Source: an uncultured Erysipelotrichaceae bacterium
Lineage (GTDB): Bacteria > Bacillota_I > Bacilli_A > Erysipelotrichales > Erysipelotrichaceae
Assembly: GCA_942492995.1 (NCBI GenBank)
Contig: OW818653.1
Coordinates: forward strand, 1,830,001-1,862,000
DNA length: 32,000 nt
Direction of reading: 5' to 3'
Part shown: piece by piece, positions 24,672-31,759 of the stretch
How positions within the stretch are numbered: position 1 is the first letter of the stretch
Layout: the number at the start of each line of letters is the position of its first letter
Program-made: the position numbers and the translations under genes
The notes under the pieces: generated by a model
What the model saw: the letters and a program-made list of their open reading frames with translations, nothing else
Databases searched by the model: none
What the model was told of the DNA's origin: nothing

Positions 24672-25574
24672 ATGAAAGCTAAATTAAAAGCCCTTAAGAT
24701 GATTTGGAACCAAATCGCAAAGGAAGATGAATTATATTACCAAAGTGCACAAGAACCAAACGGTTCTGTTTGTACATTAAACCATTATTATCATGAAGAC
24801 CATGATCCGATGCATCTATGTGACATTGCACGACCTGTTAATCATACGGGTAAATTACCTGTTATATTGCACATCCATGGGGGTGGTTGGGTGTATGGAC
24901 ATAAAGATAGTTATTATAAATACTATGCGATGGAACTATCTAAATATGGTTATGCGGTAGTTACGATGAATTATCGCTTAGCGTTTGATCATCCGTTCCC
25001 ATCAATGATTGAAGATATCTTTAGCGCATTGAAATGGATAGAAGACAATCAAGAGAATGAACAGTTTGATATTAATCGTGTCTATCTAGTTGGAGATTCT
25101 GCAGGAGCACATCTTGCGGCACTTGCTTCAATCGTGCATACAAAACCAGACTTACAAACGATGTACAATGTGAAGATGACAAATTGCCATATCTTAGCAC
25201 TTGGTTTAAGTTGTGGAGTCTATGACTTTGATCGACTCTTGAGTGATGATCATAAAATGCCATTACGGGATGTATTAATGACGACGATTTTTAATCGTCC
25301 AGACTTCCAAAATCATCCATTATATAAAGCATCTTCTGTATCGTATTTGTTAGATAATAGTTTCACTCCATCCTATATTTTAAGTTCAGAAGCGGATACT
25401 TTATGCCCTGAGACGTTGAAGTTAATCAAAGAGTGTGACGAACACAACGTTAGATATGAATCGCATGTTTATCCTGAATCGCATCAATTACCGCATGTAT
25501 TTAACTTAAAATCGATTTATCCTGAATCTAGAGTGGTAATGGATGAAATGTTTGAATTCTTTAAGCGGTTTTGA
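24672..25574 (+). CDS. Alpha/beta hydrolase (esterase/lipase, HSL-like)
   Basis: Oxyanion motif HIHGGGW, nucleophile elbow GDSAGAH, and a C-terminal His region. Confidence 0.85.
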   Translation: MKAKLKALKMIWNQIAKEDELYYQSAQEPNGSVCTLNHYYHEDHDPMHLCDIARPVNHTGKLPVILHIHGGGWVYGHKDSYYKYYAMELSKYGYAVVTMNYRLAFDHPFPSMIEDIFSALKWIEDNQENEQFDINRVYLVGDSAGAHLAALASIVHTKPDLQTMYNVKMTNCHILALGLSCGVYDFDRLLSDDHKMPLRDVLMTTIFNRPDFQNHPLYKASSVSYLLDNSFTPSYILSSEADTLCPETLKLIKECDEHNVRYESHVYPESHQLPHVFNLKSIYPESRVVMDEMFEFFKRF

Positions 25575-25576
25575 TA

Positions 25577-25605
25577 TTGAAATATAAAGTGTCGCATGAT
25601 AAACT
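25577..25605 (+). promoter_or_regulatory. Candidate promoter of the tRNA cluster (TTGAAA-17 nt-TAAACT with a TG extension)
   Basis: TTGAAA at 25577-25582, TG at 25597-25598 and TAAACT at 25600-25605. The first tRNA starts at 25621. Confidence 0.45.
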
Positions 25606-25620
25606 AAAAACGCACACTTT

Positions 25621-25696
25621 GGACGCTTAGCTCAGTTGGGAGAGCACCTGCTTGACGTGCAGGGGGTCAGGGGTTCGAGTCCCTTAGCGTCCACCA
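25621..25696 (+). tRNA. tRNA-Val (anticodon GAC)
   Basis: Hand-folded cloverleaf. Acceptor GGACGCT/AGCGTCC, D arm GCTC/GAGC, anticodon stem CCTGC/GCAGG with loop TTGACGT, T arm AGGGG-TTCGAGT-CCCTT, and an encoded CCA. Confidence 0.9.
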
Positions 25697-25701
25697 TTGA
25701 T

Positions 25702-25778
25702 GTGCCCGTGGCGCAATTGGATAGCGCATTTGATTCCGATTCAAAAGGCTGCAGGTTCAAGTCCTGTCGGGCGCGCCA
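25702..25778 (+). tRNA. tRNA-Arg (anticodon CCG)
   Basis: Acceptor GTGCCCG/CGGGCGC (one G-U pair), anticodon stem TTTGA/TCAAA with loop TTCCGAT, T arm GCAGG-TTCAAGT-CCTGT, and an encoded CCA. Confidence 0.9.
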
Positions 25779-25812
25779 AACGGATATGATTAATAATCAT
25801 TAGCTCAAAAAT

Positions 25813-25888
25813 GGGGTTGTAGCTCAGATGGTAGAGCACAACGCTGGCAGCGTTGGGGTCGAGGGTTCGAGTCCCTTCAGCTCCACCA
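25813..25888 (+). tRNA. tRNA-Ala (anticodon GGC)
   Basis: Acceptor GGGGTTG/CAGCTCC with the G3:U70 Ala identity pair, anticodon stem CAACG/CGTTG with loop CTGGCAG, T arm GAGGG-TTCGAGT-CCCTT, and an encoded CCA. Confidence 0.9.
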
Positions 25889-25903
25889 AATATAAAATTA
25901 TCT

Positions 25904-25932
25904 AAAGCCCTGTATATGGGCTTTATTTTTTT
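25904..25932 (+). terminator. Rho-independent terminator of the tRNA cluster
   Basis: AAAGCCC (25904-25910) pairs with GGGCTTT (25918-25924), followed by ATTTTTTT. Confidence 0.75.
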
Positions 25933-25952
25933 AATAGAAAGGGTATAAACAA

Positions 25953-27122
25953 ATGATTAAATTTATAATTAGACGATTCGTGAGTCAAGACTTGAATGAA
26001 ACCGACACAAGAGAAAGAATCATTGGATTATCGGGAGTATTAGGGATTTTATGCAATACTTTAATTTTTAGTTTTAAGCTGGTTTTAGGTTTGATGATTA
26101 ACAGTATCGCGGTTATATCCGATGCGTTTAATAATCTATCGGATATTGGTTCGTCAGTCGTGTCTATCGTTACCGCAAAACTTTCTAATTTACCACCAGA
26201 TGAAGAACATCCCCATGGACATGGGCGTTATGAGTATATCGGTTCATTAATTGTCGCGTTTATTATTGGGACAGTAGGGTTTGAACTACTTAAACAATCG
26301 TACGATAAAATTATTCACCCATCACCTGTTTTATTTAGTGTTTGGGTATTGGTTATCTTAGCGATAAATATTCTAATTAAACTCTGGATGTATAGCTATA
26401 ATATGTATATTTACAAACAAATTAATTCTAAGATTAATAAAGCTACCGCATTCGATAGTCTAAGTGACATCATTGGGACAAGTCTTATCATGGTCGCTAT
26501 GGTAATTGGAGTTTACACAACACTTCCAATCGATGGAGTGATGGGTGTTATTATCGCATGTATCATTATGTATACAGGGTATGATATTGCGAAAGAAACA
26601 GTAAGTATGTTAATTGGATCGATACCAGATATTGAAGTACAGAACCAAATTCAAGAGATCGTTAATAGCGGCGATTATGTCATTGAATCACATGACTTAA
26701 AAATCCATGATTATGGACCAGGTAGAGTAAGTGCTTCAATCCATGTCGAAGTACCTGATTTCGTGAATATTGTGGATGCACATTCATCCATTGATAAGTT
26801 GGAAAAAGATATTAAAGATAAAACAAATGTTGATATTACGATTCATATTGACCCAATCTCAACGAACAAGGAAAAAGTTGATCACATCAATGATCAAGTA
26901 CTTGCGGTATTGAATACGATTAATGATGAATATTATATGCGTAACTTTAGAATAGCTGAGACGAAGGAAAAACTAATTGTTATATTCGATTTAATCATTC
27001 CGAGTACTGTTCATGAGAATGAATATAATTCACTAAAAGGATTAGTTAAAGATAAATTGAAACATGTGTATCCTGAGTATGATCTTATTATCGATAATAT
27101 ATTAACTGAAGAGATAAAATAA
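25953..27122 (+). CDS. Cation diffusion facilitator (CDF) family divalent-metal efflux transporter with an extended C-terminus
   Basis: CDF motifs SIAVISDAFNNLSD, HPHGHGRYE and AFDSLSDI, six TM segments, and a cytoplasmic domain ending ITIHIDP at about residue 301. A further 86 aa follow. Confidence 0.85.
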   Translation: MIKFIIRRFVSQDLNETDTRERIIGLSGVLGILCNTLIFSFKLVLGLMINSIAVISDAFNNLSDIGSSVVSIVTAKLSNLPPDEEHPHGHGRYEYIGSLIVAFIIGTVGFELLKQSYDKIIHPSPVLFSVWVLVILAINILIKLWMYSYNMYIYKQINSKINKATAFDSLSDIIGTSLIMVAMVIGVYTTLPIDGVMGVIIACIIMYTGYDIAKETVSMLIGSIPDIEVQNQIQEIVNSGDYVIESHDLKIHDYGPGRVSASIHVEVPDFVNIVDAHSSIDKLEKDIKDKTNVDITIHIDPISTNKEKVDHINDQVLAVLNTINDEYYMRNFRIAETKEKLIVIFDLIIPSTVHENEYNSLKGLVKDKLKHVYPEYDLIIDNILTEEIK

Positions 27123-27146
27123 TTATCTCTTTTAATTTGCTTGACT

Positions 27147-27185
27147 TATATCGGTCAACGATATAATATATCGGTAGACGGTATA
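27147..27185. promoter_or_regulatory. Two tandem 19-bp palindromic operator-like sites overlapping a TATAAT box
   Basis: TATATCGGTCAACGATATA at 27147-27165 (perfect 7-bp arms) and TATATCGGTAGACGGTATA at 27167-27185 (imperfect). TATAAT lies at 27162-27167 and TTGACT at 27141-27146. The PadR gene starts at 27200. Confidence 0.5.
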
Positions 27186-27199
27186 ACGGGAGACAATAT

Positions 27200-27541
27200 A
27201 TGCAAGAGTTATCAAATGGCGCATTAACAGAAGCGGTTTATTATATTCTCTTAGCTTTGAAGGAACCTTTACATGGGTATGGCATTATGCAATATGTGGA
27301 GAAACGATCAAAGGGTAGAGTAAAGCTTGCGGCTGGGACATTGTATGGCGCAATCAATAGTTTGTTGGAAAAGAATTGGGTAAAGGCATTGAGTAATAGT
27401 GAGGATAGTCGTAAGAAGGATTATCAGATTACTCCATTAGGATTAATGGCATTATCTCAAGAGTTATCTCGCTTACAGGAATTAGTTGAGAATGGTTTAC
27501 AAATCATGAAGGAGAATGGGTATGAAAAAGACAGTCTATAA
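27200..27541 (+). CDS. PadR-family transcriptional regulator
   Basis: ILLALKEPLHGYGIMQYVEKRSKGRVKLAAGTLYGAINSLLEKNWV is the PadR wHTH signature. Confidence 0.85.
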   Translation: MQELSNGALTEAVYYILLALKEPLHGYGIMQYVEKRSKGRVKLAAGTLYGAINSLLEKNWVKALSNSEDSRKKDYQITPLGLMALSQELSRLQELVENGLQIMKENGYEKDSL

Positions 27542-28052
27542 ACTCTACTGGGCTTGGCAATTCGATAAAGAAGAGAAATGGCTCAATGAATGTTCCGCTA
27601 AAGGGTTACACCTTACAGATGTAGGATTCTTGCGCTATACCTTTGAGGAAGGAATACCTGGGGCATATTCACATAAATTAGAATTATTAAAGAATTGGCC
27701 GAGTCATCCAGAAAGTGAAGCGTATATTCATTTCTTAGAAGAAACTGGGGTAGAAATGGTTGGTAGTATCTTACGTTGGGTGTATTTCCGTAAGAAAACT
27801 GAACTTGGACAATTTGATCTATACTCAGATATTGACTCACGAATTAATCATCTGAATCGGATACTAATGTTATTTGTGCCACTTATGTTTCTTGAATTCT
27901 CTGCGGGTTTATCAAATATCTCAATAAATAATTCTTCGAATCATTTTATTGGTTATCTTGCACTAACGATTGGATTATTACTGACGTATGGTGCGATAGT
28001 AATACTTAAAAAACGAAGTAAATTAAAAAAAGAACGTATGATTTACGAATAA
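27522..28052 (+). CDS. DUF2812-domain membrane protein (usual PadR partner)
   Basis: YKLYWAWQFDKEEKWLNECSAKGLHLTDVGFLRYTFEEG matches the DUF2812 N-terminus as I recall it, with two C-terminal TM segments. The ATG at 27522 lies 7 nt after AAGGAG. Confidence 0.7.
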   Translation: MKKTVYKLYWAWQFDKEEKWLNECSAKGLHLTDVGFLRYTFEEGIPGAYSHKLELLKNWPSHPESEAYIHFLEETGVEMVGSILRWVYFRKKTELGQFDLYSDIDSRINHLNRILMLFVPLMFLEFSAGLSNISINNSSNHFIGYLALTIGLLLTYGAIVILKKRSKLKKERMIYE

Positions 28053-28079
28053 GAGTGAAGACTCTTATTTGTTTATTTT
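28051..28079 (+). terminator. Rho-independent terminator
   Basis: AAGAGT-GAAG-ACTCTT followed by ATTTGTTTATTTT. Confidence 0.6.
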
Positions 28080-28097
28080 GGTTAGATTTGATAAAAT
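28069..28097 (+). promoter_or_regulatory. Candidate extended -10 promoter of the ABC-F gene (TTGTTT-17 nt-TAAAAT, TG at -15/-14)
   Basis: TTGTTT at 28069-28074, TG at 28089-28090 and TAAAAT at 28092-28097. This predicts a leader of about 90 nt. Confidence 0.4.
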
Positions 28098-28121
28098 GCG
28101 TGTGAAAGTGAACGTGATAAG

Positions 28122-28142
28122 ATGAAGAAGATTTCTTATTAA
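28122..28142 (+). promoter_or_regulatory. Candidate leader peptide uORF (MKKISY-stop) in the ABC-F leader
   Basis: ATG AAG AAG ATT TCT TAT TAA. It has only a weak SD, and an A/U-rich hairpin follows at 28159-28176. Confidence 0.25.
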
Positions 28143-28195
28143 ACCAGATTTAAGATTAGAGAAAACTTTTTTTCTCATGTTTAATAGGAGAACAC

Positions 28196-29698
28196 ATGTC
28201 ACGAATAATTATAAATAATTTTACTTTTACCCATGAAATGGCCAGTGAACCACTTTTTAATCATGTCGACTTCCAAATGGATAGCGATTGGAAACTTGGC
28301 TTTATTGGACGCAATGGAAGAGGCAAGACAAGCTTTTTGGAATGCCTAATGCATAAACATACCTATACAGGTTCAATCAATCATACCGTTGAATTTGAGT
28401 ACTTTCCTTATACGATAGAAGACGATACACAAACGACACATCAGATACTAATGCAGTATCTGAATTCAATTGAAGATTGGAAAATAGAGAGAGAACTGAA
28501 TCTGCTCGATATTAATGAATCTGTTTATCATCGATCATTTAATACACTAAGTGAAGGCGAGAAGACTAAGATTCAATTAGCTATATTATTCCTCAAGGAA
28601 AATGCATTTCTTTTAATTGATGAACCTACCAATCATCTAGACCAAAATGCACGTCAAAGCATTACGTCTTATCTCAAACAAAAATCAGGATTCATATTAG
28701 TTTCGCATGATCGAAGATTACTAAATGAATGTGTAGATCATATCATAGTGATTAATAAAACGAATATTGAAGTTCAGAAAGGTAATTTTGATTCATGGTG
28801 GATGAATAAACAACGTGAAGATCAGTTTGAACTCAATCAAAATGAAAAGTTAAAGAAAGAGACAAAACGATTAAAAGAAGCTGCACTTCGAACAAGTCTA
28901 TGGTCAGATGAAGTTGAGAAAACAAAACTGATGCGATATAACACAGTGAATAAAAAGGGAGGTATGCTTGATCGTGGATATGTTGGACATAAATCCGCGA
29001 AGATGATGAAACGCGCAAAGTCTCTTGAGAATCGTCAAAACAACGCAATTGAAGAGAAGTCTAAATTACTTAAGAATATTGAAGAAAGTGATGCGTTAAA
29101 ACTTCATCCATTAATCTATCGCCAAAATCAGATCTGTACAATTACGCATGGTTCGATACAGTATGATGATTTAATGATATGTGAAGATATTAATCAAACG
29201 CTTAATCAAGGCGATCGTATTGCGATTATGGGGAAGAATGGATCCGGTAAATCGAGTTTACTAAAGATTATCAAACGCGAAAAAACACTACACCATGGAG
29301 AACTGTATTTGAACCGTGATGTTAAACTTTCCGTCATTGAACAAGACACATCATTTCTAGAAGGATCACTGAACGACTATATCAAAGAGAATGAATGTGA
29401 TGAAACACTATTTAAGGCAATCTTACGTAAACTTGATTTTGAACGTGAACAGTTTATGGTTAGATTAGAAAATTACAGTGAAGGTCAAAAGAAAAAAGTG
29501 CTAATTGCGAAATCACTCTCACAATCAGCACATGTGTATGTTTGGGATGAACCTTTGAATTTTATTGATGTACTGTCTAAAATTCAAATTGAGAATTTAA
29601 TCTTAGATTACAAACCAACGTTAATATTTGTCGAACATGATGAAACGTTTGTGGAAAAGATATCAACGAAACAGATTAACTTAGATACGCTTGATTGA
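28196..29698 (+). CDS. ABC-F type ribosomal protection protein, Lsa family (predicted lincosamide/streptogramin A/pleuromutilin resistance type)
   Basis: Two ABC domains with no TM segment. The N-terminal DSDWKLGFIGRNGRGKTSFLE, LSEGEKTKIQLA, LLIDEPTNHLD and the linker KRLKEAALRTSLWSDE...AKMMKRAKSLENR...EKSKLLKNIE closely parallel Lsa(A) as I recall it. The second half has GKNGSGKSSLL, YSEGQKKKV and VWDEPLNFID. Confidence 0.85.
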   Translation: MSRIIINNFTFTHEMASEPLFNHVDFQMDSDWKLGFIGRNGRGKTSFLECLMHKHTYTGSINHTVEFEYFPYTIEDDTQTTHQILMQYLNSIEDWKIERELNLLDINESVYHRSFNTLSEGEKTKIQLAILFLKENAFLLIDEPTNHLDQNARQSITSYLKQKSGFILVSHDRRLLNECVDHIIVINKTNIEVQKGNFDSWWMNKQREDQFELNQNEKLKKETKRLKEAALRTSLWSDEVEKTKLMRYNTVNKKGGMLDRGYVGHKSAKMMKRAKSLENRQNNAIEEKSKLLKNIEESDALKLHPLIYRQNQICTITHGSIQYDDLMICEDINQTLNQGDRIAIMGKNGSGKSSLLKIIKREKTLHHGELYLNRDVKLSVIEQDTSFLEGSLNDYIKENECDETLFKAILRKLDFEREQFMVRLENYSEGQKKKVLIAKSLSQSAHVYVWDEPLNFIDVLSKIQIENLILDYKPTLIFVEHDETFVEKISTKQINLDTLD

Positions 29699-30676
29699 TT
29701 TCAACCAATCAATTGTATCGCTTAAACTTATACGCATATTACGCGGATGAAAGTCGAGTTCAATACTCGCTTTTTCATGTGTGAAATTAGAGTTTGAGTT
29801 TAATGTGTACATCGAATATGGTGTAAATAAAGGGGGACGCTTTACGAGTTTATATGCATATTCTACGAATATGGAAGTGTGTTTCAAAAAGTTATAAGGC
29901 AGATAGACTTTGATTTTCCGTTTACCTGTTAATTCATAAAGTGTATCTAGAATTGTCTTAACACTGTAGTATTCATTTGATAAGATATAACACTCACCAA
30001 TTCTGCCTTGATTAATACATGATAGTATCCCATTGGACACATCGCGTACATCCACGAAATCATATCCACCCTGAGTCCCAATCTTTAAATGATCATTCAT
30101 ATAATCCAAGACTAGACTTGTTAGATTTCCTCAACCATAATCATTTGGTCCACATATTCCAGATGGATGAATAATATTCGCATTTAAGCCTTTTTGTATT
30201 GCGTCATATACATAAGCGCTTGCCTCAGACTTTGTCTTGGCATAATACCCCACAACATTATCTGGATTAAACTCTTTTATCTCTGATATACATTCTTTAT
30301 TACATTTCTCTGGTATCGCATGAACTGAACTAACGTAGATTAATCGTTTCACATTCTTCGCTAAGCATAGATCCACAATGTTCATTGTTCCTAAAACATT
30401 AACTCTATGAACCAATTCATTGTATTTAGATGTGATGGACACAATCCCTGCACAATGAATCACAATCAATTCACTATCACTCGAACAATCAAAGAATGGA
30501 CGTAAACTATTCTTATCTGTGACATCACCATAAAAGACTTCTAAGTTACCTTTTGGGATGTATTTCTCACTTGGTAATACCAAGATTCGTATTGTTTTAT
30601 TGTGATTTAATAGATCTTGTATGACCGTACGACCTAAATGACCTGCCGCACCTGTCACGAGATAAACTTCATTCAT
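29681..30676 (-). pseudogene. NAD-dependent epimerase/dehydratase (extended SDR) gene interrupted by a single in-frame TGA
   Basis: The N-terminal part has the Rossmann motif VTGAAGHLGRTV and YYAKTK (the YxxxK catalytic motif). The reading frame runs ...GPNDYG-TGA-GNLTSLVLDYMNDHL..., with the TGA at 30133..30131. Both ORF-track pieces (30131..30697 and 29681..30109) are in the same frame. The likely start is the ATG at 30676, after GAGGA. Confidence 0.7.
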
Positions 30677-30811
30677 AGCACGTCCTCGATTAATCAAAGT
30701 ATATCACTAAAATTGATATGATTTTACGAAAGAAATCGCATGAATTTCTGCCTAAAAACTATGGTTTTATTCAAAATGTAAATATTTCACATAAATTTCA
30801 CAGTTCTTACA

Positions 30812-30839
30812 TTGTATTTTCATAGAAACAATTTATACT
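30812..30839 (+). promoter_or_regulatory. Candidate promoter (TTGTAT-16 nt-TATACT) in the long intergenic region
   Basis: TTGTAT at 30812-30817 and TATACT at 30834-30839. Confidence 0.35.
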
Positions 30840-30918
30840 AATCTCATAACAAGGGAAGCGATAAACAAAACTTCATTTCATTGTTCCCCCTAAAATATAA
30901 AAAAGAACCTTGTTTATT

Positions 30919-30950
30919 AAAATCGTACTGGCAGCGTACGATTTTTAATT
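30919..30950 (+). terminator. Terminator-like hairpin upstream of the PPC gene (possible attenuator)
   Basis: AAAATCGTAC (30919-30928) pairs perfectly with GTACGATTTT (30936-30945), with a 7-nt loop and TTTTTAATTT after it. A second TATAAT (30959-30964) and GGAGG follow. Confidence 0.45.
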
Positions 30951-30982
30951 TCTTGTCGTATAATGAAATTGGAGGTACACCT

Positions 30983-31381
30983 ATGAAATCCTATCTATTT
31001 CGACTTATGCCTGATCAAGATATCAAGGATGAGCTTGTAAAGTTTGCGGAGTCTAATAATATTAAAGTGGGATCAATTGTATCTGCAGTTGGCAGTGTTT
31101 CTAGAATGAATGTAAGAGTTGCGGATGGAAAAACGGTAATCGAAAATAATGAAAATCGCGAAGTCTTTGCGTTGACGGGCACAATTGTACAGAATAAAGT
31201 TCATGCACATATTGCGGCAATTAACCCTAGCATGGAAGTGTTTGGTGGTCATTTGATGGTTGGATGTTTAGTTAATACAACGATGGAAATAACTGTACTA
31301 GATTTAAGTGATGATGTCGTTGCACATCGTGTATTCGATGAAAATACTGGATATGATGAGCTGTTTATTGACAAGGAATAA
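30983..31381 (+). CDS. PPC (DUF296) domain protein
   Basis: SYLFRLMPDQDIKDELVKFAESNNIKVGSIVSAVGSV...ALTGTI...HAHIAA...GGHLMVGCLV-NTTMEITV matches the PPC/DUF296 pattern as I recall it. The ATG at 30983 follows GGAGG. The ORF-track TTG at 30881 is unlikely. Confidence 0.7.
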   Translation: MKSYLFRLMPDQDIKDELVKFAESNNIKVGSIVSAVGSVSRMNVRVADGKTVIENNENREVFALTGTIVQNKVHAHIAAINPSMEVFGGHLMVGCLVNTTMEITVLDLSDDVVAHRVFDENTGYDELFIDKE

Positions 31382-31404
31382 TAAATTTATTACGATTTAG
31401 TAGC

Positions 31405-31480
31405 GCCGACTTAGCTCAAATGGTAGAGCAACTGAATCGTAATCAGTAGGTTGCGGGTTCAAGTCCTGTAGTCGGCACCA
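31405..31480 (+). tRNA. tRNA-Thr (anticodon CGT)
   Basis: Acceptor GCCGACT/AGTCGGC, D arm GCTC/GAGC, anticodon stem ACTGA/TCAGT with loop ATCGTAA, T arm GCGGG-TTCAAGT-CCTGT, and an encoded CCA. Confidence 0.9.
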
Positions 31481-31489
31481 TTGACGACT

Positions 31490-31514
31490 AAAGCCTTTTA
31501 ATAAGGCTTTTTTA
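31490..31514 (+). terminator. Rho-independent terminator
   Basis: AAAGCCTT-TTAAT-AAGGCTTT followed by TTTT. Confidence 0.8.
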
Positions 31515-31691
31515 ATTGTTGAAATGGTAAGGTTAACTACTTATTAGAATATCAATAAATAGATTAGGAAAAGTATAAATACTTCACGACATAAGTCAAA
31601 ACATATTCCATGAGTTTAGAGTGTTAAAAAAAGAAATGTGCTTTGTTTCGAGATTCTTAGATTATTGAATATTTCTTAAAATATATGGGTG

Positions 31692-31734
31692 TAAATAAAA
31701 ACGTGCCCAATATTTGCGTTTTATCTGCACGTTT
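31692..31734 (-). terminator. Possible terminator of the RDD gene
   Basis: On the reverse strand, AAACGTGC (31734-31727) pairs with GCACGTTT (31706-31699), followed by TTATTTAC. The 20-nt loop is large, so confidence is low. Confidence 0.35.
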
Positions 31735-31759
31735 AATTAAATTGTTATTATACAATTAT

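Noticed and set aside
25786-25800. Palindrome ATGATTA-A-TAATCAT between tRNA-Arg and tRNA-Ala as a regulatory operator
   Set aside because: It is a pure A/T palindrome inside a tRNA spacer. It is most simply a processing hairpin or a chance product of AT-rich sequence, and nothing else supports a regulatory role.
28096-28125. A second leader uORF (MRVKVNVIR-stop) whose TGA overlaps the ATG of the MKKISY uORF
   Set aside because: Its ATG lies inside the best -10 candidate (TAAAAT, 28092-28097), so it would probably not be transcribed. It also has no SD. It would become relevant only if transcription reads through from the upstream operon.
30131-30133. In-frame TGA in the SDR gene read as tryptophan (Mollicutes-type code 4) or as selenocysteine
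   Set aside because: Other well-supported genes in the window terminate at TGA at their expected lengths, for example 7206-7208, 14414-14416, 25572-25574 and 29696-29698. Trp is encoded by TGG throughout, so code 11 applies. The position is not a redox Cys site, and I see no SECIS-like hairpin immediately downstream.
30881-30982. N-terminally extended ORF-track starts (30881 for the PPC gene; likewise 3604, 1671, 6249, 16101, 21490, 24410, 19315 and 30697)
   Set aside because: In each case an internal ATG preceded by a good AGGAG/GGAGG SD gives an N-terminus that matches the family pattern. The extension crosses terminators or promoters, or begins at a non-ATG codon with no SD.
31515-31691. 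AT-rich stretch after tRNA-Thr as the edge of an integrated island or prophage attachment site
   Set aside because: No integrase gene is present, and no direct repeat of the tRNA 3' end is visible in the remaining window. The next gene is an ordinary RDD membrane protein. The window ends too soon to exclude this completely.
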